NCBI GenBank assembly: GCA_032718475.1
Contig: JAUCBJ010000735.1
Coordinates: 47,444 to 111,443 of the forward strand
DNA length: 64,000 nt
Origin: Nemertoderma westbladi
Lineage: Eukaryota > Animalia > Xenacoelomorpha
Direction of reading: 5' to 3'
Positions 23,467 through 35,000 of this stretch are shown here, in pieces; position 1 is the stretch's first letter; each line of letters begins with the position of its first letter. The notes beneath the pieces were generated by a model. That model worked only from the letters and a program-made list of their open reading frames with translations. It had not been told where the DNA came from and made no database searches. The position numbers and the translations under genes are program-made.

Positions 23467-24045
23467 GATAATTTGTAGGCTGGACTGTTGTCTGACTGTT
23501 GTTAAGTCTGAAGAGATTGCGGTGTGTGTAGAGTGTATGTCCGATAAATTACTAGTTAGGAACGTAGGGGCTTCCAGTGCTGTGAGGTAAATCCCCTCGA
23601 AAGAATAAGTCGTACTACTCGGTTAGAACGCATACTAACTAACCATTTCGGAGTCTGCATATACTGTAGTTTGTTTAGGCTTGATAGTAGTCTGTCAGCG
23701 TTTGGTCTGTATTTTGTATGTGTAGTCTGTACGGGTAGCGTAATATTTCTTATTTAGATAATTTGTAGGCTGGATTGTTGTCTGGCTGTTGTTAGGTCTG
23801 AAGAGATTGCGGTGTGTGTAGAGTGTATGTCCGATAAAGTACTAGTTAGGAACGTAGGGGCTTCCAGTGCTGTGAGGTAAATCCCCCTGAAAGAATAAGT
23901 CGTACTACTCGGTTAGAATGCATACTAACTAACCATTTCGGAGTCTGCATATACTGTAGTTTGTTTAGGCTTGATAGTAGTCTGCCAGTGTTTGGTCTGT
24001 ATTTTGTTTGAGTAGTCTGTACGCGTAGCATAATATTTATTATTC
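23467..24045 (+). repeat. ~290-bp tandem duplication in the A leader (equivalent in C at ~30016-30590)
   Basis: GATAATTTGTAGGCTGG... starts at 23467 and 23757. Confidence 0.9.
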
Positions 24046-25373
24046 AGAGTTTATGCGATTATTCGCAACATTCATATCCCCAAGTTTATTCCTACAGTAA
24101 TTGTGCTTGTTGTACATACCGTTATAGTTAAAATAACCCCGGTACTACATCAGGGCTGCTTGGCGTAGGTAAAGACTGGTGATTTTGTGCCCCGGTCACT
24201 CCAGCAGATACCGTGGTTCTTTTAGCTGTACAAGTATTTCTAACTGCTGATTATTTGTTGTATAAGTACTTGTACCTAATTTAGGGTTTAGTGTACAATA
24301 CTTTCCGAAGGTAATTAGTGTGTAGGCAGTATATTTGTGTTGTAAAGTGGTTAATAGGCACGTTGGTTCTGGTTGACCGCGGTAATTAACTTCTAGGTAG
24401 GAACACTCCGTGATACATAACGTAGTACTTATAGCGTTACGGCTATAAGTCGTCAGACGGTGGTATTTTTCCTATCTGGATAACGCAGTATATTTACTAC
24501 TGCTTTGTTATTTTCAAATACCGTAGTATCCTGTCTGTTTGTAATAACCAGATATTCTAACCCTTTGTTAGGCTGGTTTGTAGACTTCTTGTAAAATTAC
24601 CCTAAAAATTCGTACGTGTAATTTTTGTGTTTATTTAGAGATTGTAATCTCACCCCGAATTGTACGTAATTTGTAGTATTAAGTAACTTAGGCAAATTAG
24701 AATTATTTGTTTTAGTGTCCAACAAGTAGCACTTCACTGAGAGCATACAGCTTCTGTGCAGTGACTCCTTCCCAGAAATAATAACATTTATTTCAAATAT
24801 TGACAAAACCCATTATAAGGGTATATATATTATAAATCAACTCAAACCGATTTATAAATAGTAGGCCTGTCATACATCAACTAGGTCTTAATATCAGTTG
24901 GACTACTGCTTAAATAACGGTAATAAAGTAAGGTAAAGTAACCAAGTAACCCCTAAAATTCAGAAATTTAATTATTATAAAATAATTGACATACCGGTAT
25001 TTACAATAGGCTTATTATATTTATTTCAATAATTTTAGGCTGAAATTATACCGGTATTCTGTAATTAATTCTAGTCCATAATTATACTTATATATTATAA
25101 GTGTAAGCTGTATACCGGTATTCACGATAGGCCTATTATATATTTATATATATTTGTGCTGAAATTACCTACCGGTATTCTGTGACAAATCTAGTCTGTA
25201 ATAATGCATATATATATACTATAAGCATACCGGTATTCTAATATATTATATATATATCACGTTACACTGAGTAACAGTATCGGTAGTTAATTACTGGGCT
25301 AACAGTTGATACTGAATTACTAAACTTGCTTTAACTGTAATATAGCAGTAGGCATTCAACTGTACAAACAAAC

Positions 25374-28300
25374 ATGTCTGACACAAAGCAAAACCTGTCA
25401 GACAGTCTCTTAGATACAACCATCTGTGACCCAGACAGGAGTGTGGAACGTGTGAGACCGAAGTTCAATTCACCTCCTACTGTAAGAAAGATCATCCCTC
25501 CAGTAGTAGTATCAGACCCTAGGCTAGTCCAACACCGTAGGTCTATCATAGGCACTCGAGCTCAAGTCAAGCGAGACCAAGAAGCAGCGGAACAGCAGCA
25601 ACACTCGAGCCGAGAACTTATTTCTCAGCGGCCCGACAGCTCCAGTAGTGCGGATACTGTAGAGCTGACACCCGAGCGCGGAGCAAAGATGGCAGATGCG
25701 GTTTACTCGGATCCCCTTCTCATCCTTCCTGCAGCCGTACTCACTAGGGTATTGATTGCGGTGGAGGAACACCAGATTGATTGGGCGAGAAGTAAGCGAT
25801 CGACCAAGGATAGTTATGCGGGATACACAAGGGAAGAACTGAAGTCTATTGTCGAGTCGCAATGGAACTTCCCCGGACCCGGACTCCCGTCTGACTTATC
25901 GGAAGCTGCCTGGGAAGACATACACAGGATGGGAGTGACTAAAGAAACCAGCGATCCAGCTGTGTGGAAGAGGTCAGCAGCAGGATACGTACAGGGATTC
26001 TTCAGCTCTATGGAGCGATTAGAGGAACAACTGTTTCGACAACCCCAAGGACCTCAAGAGCAGGGAGAGCTGCTTTATCAAGTTAGAGAAAGAATTCTAA
26101 GAATCCGACTAATCTTATCGGCCTTTGAGGAGGCTTCGAAAAGAAGACAAGACACGTCGTTGCAAGTTGCTGTAAAGACTTGGTTTCAGCGGGTGAGTCT
26201 CAAAGTTCAAGGAACTGCCCCTTGGAAATCTCAGTTGGCTGAGCGCTCAACCCATGGAGAATCAACAGATGCTACCTTTTCCCAAGTGGAAAGTGAAGGG
26301 ACAGCAGAAAAACCGTATAAGAGGGATGCTATTGACATCTATCTGTCAGACTATCAACGATTTGTCGGTGATGAAGAGTTGAGGAGACGGCTGTCTGGAC
26401 TTAGCCCTAATAGTGAAGGAGCCAAGCTTGTGTTGGACGCAATCGATGCGGATATGATAGCTGCGAACCAAGCTAAATTTGATGAAAGCATCCGCATCGC
26501 TAAGGTTCAAGAAGAACAAGTAAAGAAAAAACGTATAGAAGACAGAAAGACAGCAGCAGCGGCAGTGGCAGAGGCAGAAGCGGAAAGAAAGGCAGCAGAA
26601 GTGGAAAAGAAAGCGGCAATGGCAGCGGCAGAGGTGGAAAGAAAGGCGGTAGAAGTGGAAAGAAAAGCGGCAGAGGCAGAAGCGGAAAGAAAAGCGGCCG
26701 AAGTGGAAAGAAAAGCGGCAGTGGCAGCGGCAGAAGCGGAAAGAAAAGCAGCAGATGCAGAAAGAAAAGCGGCAGTGGCAGAAGCAGAACGGAGGGCATC
26801 TGAAGAGACAACCCAACTAGAGTTGGAAAATCTTCAAGAGAGGCAAGACAACTTCAATAAACAGTTAACAGCTAGTAATATGCAGATGATGAATCGATCT
26901 ACTCCCAAAAGACAGGGATATACATCATCTGATGAAGGCGATACCACCGATCCTGAAGGCGGAGGAAATAGATCTCGTCTAAGCAGACGTAGAAGAATGT
27001 CCCACCGTCAGAAATTGCCTGATTTGCCCCCAGCTGTTAGAAGGCAACTAACTAACACAGGCTTAGGTAGTACAGAACCCACAGACCAAATAATTAAAAT
27101 AGAAAGACTCCCTACTATAGTAGATGAGCCTGAAATAATTAGGCCTGTTCTTGAAATCACCCCTTCGGTGATAGAGACACCTGTGCTCCCAGAACCTACC
27201 TCTAAATTCCCTTTGCACAGTACTAAACTACCTGTGCCCCACAAAACAACCCCTGAGACAGTTCCTGTCCTGGACTCCGAGCGAAATATCAATGATTTGT
27301 CGCCCGTTGTCTCTCGTCTACCCGCTACTACGTTGGCGGCTCCCGCTTCGGCGGTCGAGTGGGTGGATGAGGGGCGGCGGGGGATGAATCTCCTGCTCGG
27401 GCAGATGCAGGAGACTGTTCATCAGTTTAAAGGAACAGTAAGGGAAAGTAGGTTAGAGTTGCAAGAAGTGCAGCAGAGTATCGCATTAGAACGCGATAAA
27501 TTAGTAAATACACAAAAGGGTATACCACCACCCCCTGTAACAATGTGTCAACCTGTTAGGTCTGAAGTATTTCATGCGAAAGGTGTGGAGCCTACACGCA
27601 TCTATACTGCTAGTGAAGTGGAAACTCCTATAGTAAACCCTATTAAGGATAATTATAAACCTGTTGACAATGATATTCCATATAGACTTGATAATAATCC
27701 AAGAAATTTATATACCGATAACTCGATATTAAATAACACGAGTCTATAACAGTTTTACTGAAACAGTTTTACGCGTCAAATGGCTAGAACCGAAGCCCGT
27801 CAAGCGGTAAAGGTGGGAGAGATCGTCAAGTTCAATGGAGATGAGATGAAATGGTTACCTTTTAATGAATATTACAAAGATAACATACAGAACTCTGTGC
27901 TATCTAACGGAGAGAAACTTAGATTCCTCATCGAGTGCTTGGAAGGATCTCCCAAGTTAATGGCGTTAAAGTTTATTGGACATCCAGATGGATTAAGACA
28001 AGTTTGGGATACCCTAAACATCAGGTATGGTAAAAGGAATAACATAGCTAGGTATTTGTATGCAAAATTGGTAGCGCCCCGAAAATTCATTAACAGCGGG
28101 ATTATAGAGTTTTCCGATGAGATTCAGGAGATCTGTAGACAATTAGATTGGCTAGGTAAGTCTCATGAATATCAGAGTTCTATGGTTATTGGAGCCGTGG
28201 CCTCTACTTTACCTAAAGGTGGAGTAGGTACACGCTGGGATAAGAAAGTGTTATATATGATGGAACAACAACGACGAGACCCTACCATGGCTGATCTCAT

Positions 28301-28563
28301 GTCATTCTTAGATGGAGAAGTAAAATTACAGCTCCTAAAGCAGTCCAGAGAGAAGACACCGGAAAACAAGGTAAGTGAGAAACCCGTTTCTAGGAGAAAA
28401 GTAACACCAGTGTGTTATACCGACGACGGCGAAAGCCAGGCTTCTCAAGAAGAAGACAGCGGGAAAGACACTGAAAGATCTTATTATGTCAACAAAACGC
28501 CTAAAGACGTAAGTAAATTCAAGTCTCGAACCAATGACAGGAGAGAACAGGTAAGAAAAACTC
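25374..28563 (+). pseudogene. Element A gag, 5' part (disrupted near 27740, interrupted by C)
   Basis: Colinear with the intact ORF of C; KFNGD..EKLRFL BEL gag motif. A small replacement at ~27741-27765 introduces a stop. Confidence 0.9.
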
Positions 28564-29734
28564 TGTAAAAGCTTTTGCATCATTAACCGGTTATTATCCC
28601 TTAAAGTACTCTGTAGTTGGTTTGCCAGGCATAAAAGGGCCGTGTCCTTGCTGTACTGGTGTTTTAGAGGACATAAAAGTCATTTCTTATGTATTTGTAC
28701 TGTATTTGTACTTTAGAGGACATAATCCGCAATCTCGTGACGCGATAAGCTAGATAATCTTGAAAACAGTGTCGCTACCATGACGACGGCTAACAGCTGA
28801 TATTGCCACGTCGACGTTTCTTTGTTTCTTTGTTCTCTCGTTGTTCGGTTGACCAATCAGAGCGTTTGTTGTCTCTGTGTTGGAGGTGTATACAGAGGCT
28901 CAGTAGTTCAGTGTTATGTTTTTGCCCAGAGCCTAAGAACCGGCTTTTGGCACCTCCGTGTTTTCAGTTTTTAGTCTTACACTAGTAGGCTTAATTATAA
29001 GGACATATATCCGTTATCATAACATACCATACCTAATCAAACAACCTGTGCATACTTTTATATTGTTATACTGCTATTTACTGTCAGTTCTTCATAATAT
29101 GGTTGATGAATTATTATATTTGGAATAACGATAAATAACCCCGAAAACCCAATATTCTTGATATACCGAAGGTAGGAGAGAAAGGTTACATATAACGATT
29201 GTGACTTATGTTAAAGTGGTTTGAAGTGAATCTAATGTTATTTGATAGACCCTACATGATTCGGTCCGTGTTCCTTTTATATGTGACTAAAATCAGTGAA
29301 GATCGGCAGATTAGTGTGCAGTATTGTGCAGCATTGTGTATTAGTGAGACTGATAACGAAGCATTTCCTAAAGAATGCGCCATATATGTGAATTGTAACT
29401 AAGCCATATCGTTGTGAGTAGTTTAAGTCATAACTCTGTTTATATAGGTAGAGCGCCACGTCCTAAAGGAACTGTTAATATTCCCCGAAGGTGAATAATA
29501 TTGTCAGAGATTATATAATACTGTCAGTCGAATAATACATTAGGCTTACATAGCAATACGATTAAGCCGTCGAACCCAATCTCCCGGGTATATCCAGCGG
29601 GTGAATGATCGCGCACCGATTGGTTTCGACTAGTGTAGTGAATCAAATACTTGTCAGAGGCTAAAAGTGATTTATTATCTAGAAGACATCCTAATTTGGC
29701 GGGTAAAACTGCCAAAGGTCTGAAAGCGCGAACA

Positions 29735-29745
29735 ATAACGGATAT
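29735..29745 (+). promoter_or_regulatory. Element C atypical PBS (ATAACGGATAT), complementary to LTR site 29007-29017
   Basis: Reverse complement ATATCCGTTAT is present in both C LTRs (29007-29017, 40636-40646). Confidence 0.75.
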
Positions 29746-32024
29746 TGCTTCTGTATTCCAGTAGGCAATAAAGCTGAAGTACCGGCAACCGGTACCCAGT
29801 AGGCCTGACTACCTAACCACCCGGACCGGTACCTACAGCAGTACAGGTACAGCAGTATTATTCGATTTTGATAATTATATACCGGTAGGCCTTAATAATT
29901 AATCAGGGACTGCAGCCCTGGTTTTTTATTGAGATTTTTACTTATTTCTGTCAAGTTTTATTTGTTTGTAGGCCAGTATTGAACAGAAGGCGTGTAAGCC
30001 TGATCAGATTGTACAGACAATTTGTAGGCTGAGCTGTTGTCTGATTGCTGTTAAGTCTGAACGGATTGCAGTGTGTGTAGATCATCTGTCCGATAAAGAA
30101 CGGTTAGGAAGTAGGGGCAGCCAAAGCTGTAAGGTAAACCCCCAACTAAAGAATAAGTCGTACTACTGGGTTAGAACGCATACTACCTAATCATTTCGGA
30201 GTCTGCATGTCCTGTAGTTTATTTAGGCTTGAGAGTAGTCTGCCATCGTTTAGTCTGTACTTTGTTTGTGTAGTCTGTACAGGTAGCGTATAATATTTAT
30301 TTAGATAATTTGTAGGCTGGATAGTTGTCTGGCTGTTATTAGGTCTGAAGGATTGCAGTGTGTGTAGATCACCTGTCCGATAAAGAACGGTTAGGAAGTA
30401 GGGGCAGCCAAAGCTGTAAGGTAAACCCCCATCTAAAGAATAAGTCGTACTACTGGGTTAGAACGCATACTACCTAATCATTTCGGAGTCTGCATGTCCT
30501 GTAGTTTATTTAGGCTTGATAGTAGTCTGTCAGTATTTGGTCTGCATTTTGTTTGAGTAGTTTGTACGCGTAGCGTAATATTTATTATTCAGAGTTTATG
30601 CGATTATTCGCAACATTCATTCCCCAAGTTTGTTCCTACAATAATTGTGTTTGTTATACATACAGCTATAGTTAAACTAACCCCGGTACTACACGGGCTG
30701 CTTGGCGTAGGTAAAGACTGGTGATTTTGTGCACCGGTCACTCCAGCAGATGCCGTGGTTCTTTTAGCTGTTCAAGTATATTTAACTACTGATTATATGT
30801 TGTACAAGTACTCGTACCTAATTTAGGGTTTAGTGTACAGTGCTTTCCGAAAGTAATTAGTGTAGGCATTATATTTGTGTTGTAAAGTGGTTGATAGGCA
30901 CGTTCGATTAGCTCTATTAACTTCTAGGTAGGAACACTCCGTGATACATAACGTAGTACCTATAGCGATACGGCTATAGGTCGTCAGGCGGTGGTATTTT
31001 CCTATCTGGACAGCGCAGTGTATTTACTACTACTTATTATTTTCAAATACCGTAGTACCCTGTCCGTTGTAATAACCAGATTTCTAACCCTTTGTTAGGC
31101 TGGTTTGTAGACTTCTTGTAAAATTACCCTGAAAATTCGTATTTTGTGTTTTGTAAATTTTTGTGTTTATTTAGAGATTGTAATCTCAACCCGAATTGTA
31201 CGTAATTTGTAGTATTAAGTAACTTAAGTAAATTAGCATTATTTGTTTTAGTGTCCTATAAGTAACACTTCACTGAAAGCGCACCGCTTTGTGTAGTGAT
31301 TACTCCCCAGAAATAATAACATTTATTTCAACATTGACAAAACCCATTAAACGGGTATATATATATTATAAATCAACTCAAATGATTTATAAATAGTAGG
31401 CCTGCCATACAACAATTAGGTCTCAATATCAGTTGGACTACTGCTTAAATAACGGCAATAAAGTAAGTTAAGGTAACCAAGTAACCCTTAAAATTCAGAA
31501 ATTCAGTTATTTAAAATAATTGATATACCGGTATTTACAATAGGCTTATTATATTTATTTCTATAAATTTTAGGTTGAAATCATACCGGTATTCTGTAAT
31601 TAATTCTAGTTTGTAATTATACTTATATATATACACTATAAGTGTAAACTGCATACCGGTATTTACGATAGGCCTATTATCTTTATTTCTATAAATTTAG
31701 GCTGAAATTATACCGGTACTTGTAATTAATTCTAGTCCAGAATTATATATACTACAAACTGTAAGCTGTATACCGGTATTCCCGATAGGCCTATTATATA
31801 TTTATATATATTTGTGCTAAAATTATATACCGGTTTCTGTGAAAAACCTAGTCTGTAATAATACTTATATATACAATAAGCATACCGGTATACTAATATA
31901 TTATATATCACGCTACACTGAGTAGCAGTATCGGTAATTAATTACTAGGCTAGCAGTTAAGGCTAAATTACTAGACTTGCTTAGACTGTAATATAGCAGT
32001 AGGCATTCAACTGTGTAAACAAAC

Positions 32025-35000
32025 ATGTCTGATACTAAGCAGAACCTGTCAGACAGTTTATTAGATGTAACTATCTGCGACTCAGATAAGGGTGTAGAAT
32101 CGTCTACACCTAAGTTCAGTTCACCTCCCACTGTGAGGAAGGTCATCCCTCCAGTAGTAATAACAGAACCTAGGCTGGTCCAACATCGTAGGTCTATCAT
32201 AGGCACTCGAGCTCAGGTCAAGCGGGACCAAAAAGCAGCGGAACAGCAACCACCCGCGAGCCAAGAACTTATTTCTCAGCGGCCCGACAGCTCCAGTAGT
32301 GAAGATACTGTAGAACTGACACCCGAGCGCGGAGCAAGGATGACGGATGCGGTTTATTCGGATCCCCTTCTCATCCTTCCTGCAGCCGTACTCACTAGGC
32401 TATTGATCGCGGTGGAAGAACACCAGATCGATTGGGCGAGAAGTAAGCGCTCAACTAAAGATAGTTATGCGGGATACACAAAGGAAGAACTGAAATCTAT
32501 GGTCGAGTCGCAATGGAACTTCCCCGGACCCGGACTCCCGTTTGATTTATCAGAAGCTGCCTGGGAAGACATACACCGGATGGGAGTAGCCAAGGAAACC
32601 ATCGATCCAGCTGTGTGGAAGAGGTCCGCAGCCGGATACGCACAGGGATTCTTCAGCTCTATGGAGCGAGTAGAAAAACAACTGTTACAACAACCTCAAG
32701 GACCTCAAGAGCAGGGACAACTGCTTTATCAAGTTAGAGAAAGAATTCTGCGAATTAGGCTAATATTATCAGCCTTTGAAGAGGCTTCTAAAAGAAGACA
32801 AGACACGTCGTTGCAAGTTGCCGTAAAGACTTGGTTTCAACGGGTGAGTCGCCAGGTTCAAGGAACAGCTCAGTGGAAAGATCAGCTGGAGGAGCGCTCA
32901 ACCCATGGAGAATCAACAGACGCTACTTTTTCCCAAGTGGAAAGTGAAGCGACGGCAGAGAAACCGCATAAGAGGGATGCCATTGACATCTATCTGTCAG
33001 ACTATCAACGTTTTGTAGGAGATGAAGAGTTGAGGAGAAGGTTAGCGGGACTTAGTCCTAATAGTGAAGGAGCCCAGCGTGTGTTGGATGCAATTGATGT
33101 GGATAGGTTAGCGGCGAACCAAGCTAAATTCGATGAACAACTCCGCATCACTAGAGACCAAGAAGAAAAAGTAAGGAAAAAACGTATAGAAGACAGAAAG
33201 ATAGCAGCAGTGGCAGAGGCAGAAAGAAAAGCGACCTTGGCAGCGGCAGCAGCGGCAGCGGCAGAGGCAAAAGCGGCAGCGGTGGCGGAAGCAGAACGGA
33301 GAGCGGCTGAAGAGATCGCCCAACTGGAGTTGGAAAATCTTCAAGAGAAGCAAGACGACTTCAGTAAACAGTTAACAGCTAGTAATATGCAGATGATGAA
33401 TCGATCTACTCCCAAAAGACAGGGTTATACATCATCTGAGGAAGGCGATACCACCGACACTGAAGGCGGAGGAAATCGAGCTTGCCTAAGCAGACGTAAA
33501 AGAACATTCCACCGTCAGAAATTGCCTGATTTGCCTCCAGCTGTTAGAAGGCAACTAAATAACACCAACTTAGCGAGTACAGAACCCACAGAACAAATAA
33601 TTACAATAGAGAGACTCCCTACTATAGTAGATGAGCCTGAAATAATTAGGCCTGTTCCCGAAGCTACCCTTTCGGTCGTAGAGACACCTGTACTCCCTGA
33701 ACCTACCTCTCAATTCCCGTTGCACAGCACTAAGCTACCTGTGCCCAGCAGAACAGCCCATGAGACAGTTCATGCTCTGGACTCCGAGCGGAATATTCAT
33801 GATTTGTCGCCCGTTGTCCCTCGTCCGCCCGCTACAATGTTGGCGGATCCCGTTTCGGCGGTTGATTGGGTGGACGAGAGACGGCGGGGGATGGACATTC
33901 TCCTCGGAAAGATGGAGGAGAATCAAAGGCGCTCCTCCCAACAGGTCCGAGAGTTAGAAGGGACTGTTCAACAGTTAAAGGGAACCGTAAAGGAAAGTAG
34001 GTTAGAGTTGCAGGAAGTGCAGCAAAATATCGCGCTAGAACGCGATAAATTAGTAAATTTACAAAAGGGTATACCACCACCCCTTGTAACAATGTGTCAA
34101 CCTGTTAGGTCTGAAGTATCTCATGCGCAAGGTGTGGAGCCTACACGCATCTATACTGCTAGCGAAGTAGAAACTCCTATAGTGAACCCTATTAAGGGTA
34201 ATTATAGACCTGTTGATAATGATATTCCCTATAGACCGGATCATAATCCGAGAAATTTATATACCGATAACTCGATATTAAATAACACGATGGCCCAAGA
34301 AAGTTTTACGCGTCAAATGGCTAGAACCGAAGCCCGGCAAGCGGTAAAAGTGGGAGAGATCGTCAAGTTCAATGGAGATGAGATGAAATGGTTACCTTTT
34401 AATGAATATTACAAAGATAACATACAGAACTCTGTCCTATCTAATGGAGAGAAACTAAGATTCCTCATCGAGTGCTTGGAAGGATCTCCCAAGTTAATGG
34501 CGTTAAAGTTTATTGGACATCCAGACGGATTAAGACAAGTTTGGGATACACTAAACATCAGGTATGGTAATAGGAATAACATAGCTGGGTATTTGTATGC
34601 AAAGTTGGTAGCGCCCCGAAAGTTTATTAGCAGCGGAATTATAGAGTTTTCCGATGAGATGCAGGAGATCTGTAGACAATTAGATTGGCTAGGTAAGTCT
34701 CATGAGTATCAGAATGCTATGGTTATTAGAGCAGTGGCTTCTACTTTACCGAAGGGTGGAGTAGGTACACGCTGGGATAAGAAAGTGTTATATATGATGG
34801 AACAACAACGACGAGACCCTACCATGGCTGATCTCATGTCATTCTTAGATGGAGAAGTGAAATTACAGCTCCTAAGGCAGTCCAGAGAGAAGACACTGGA
34901 AAACAAGGTAAGTGAGAAACCCGTTTCTAGGAGAAGGGTAATACCAGTGTGTTATACAGACGACAGCAAAAGCCAGACTTCTCAAGGAGAGGATAGCGGG

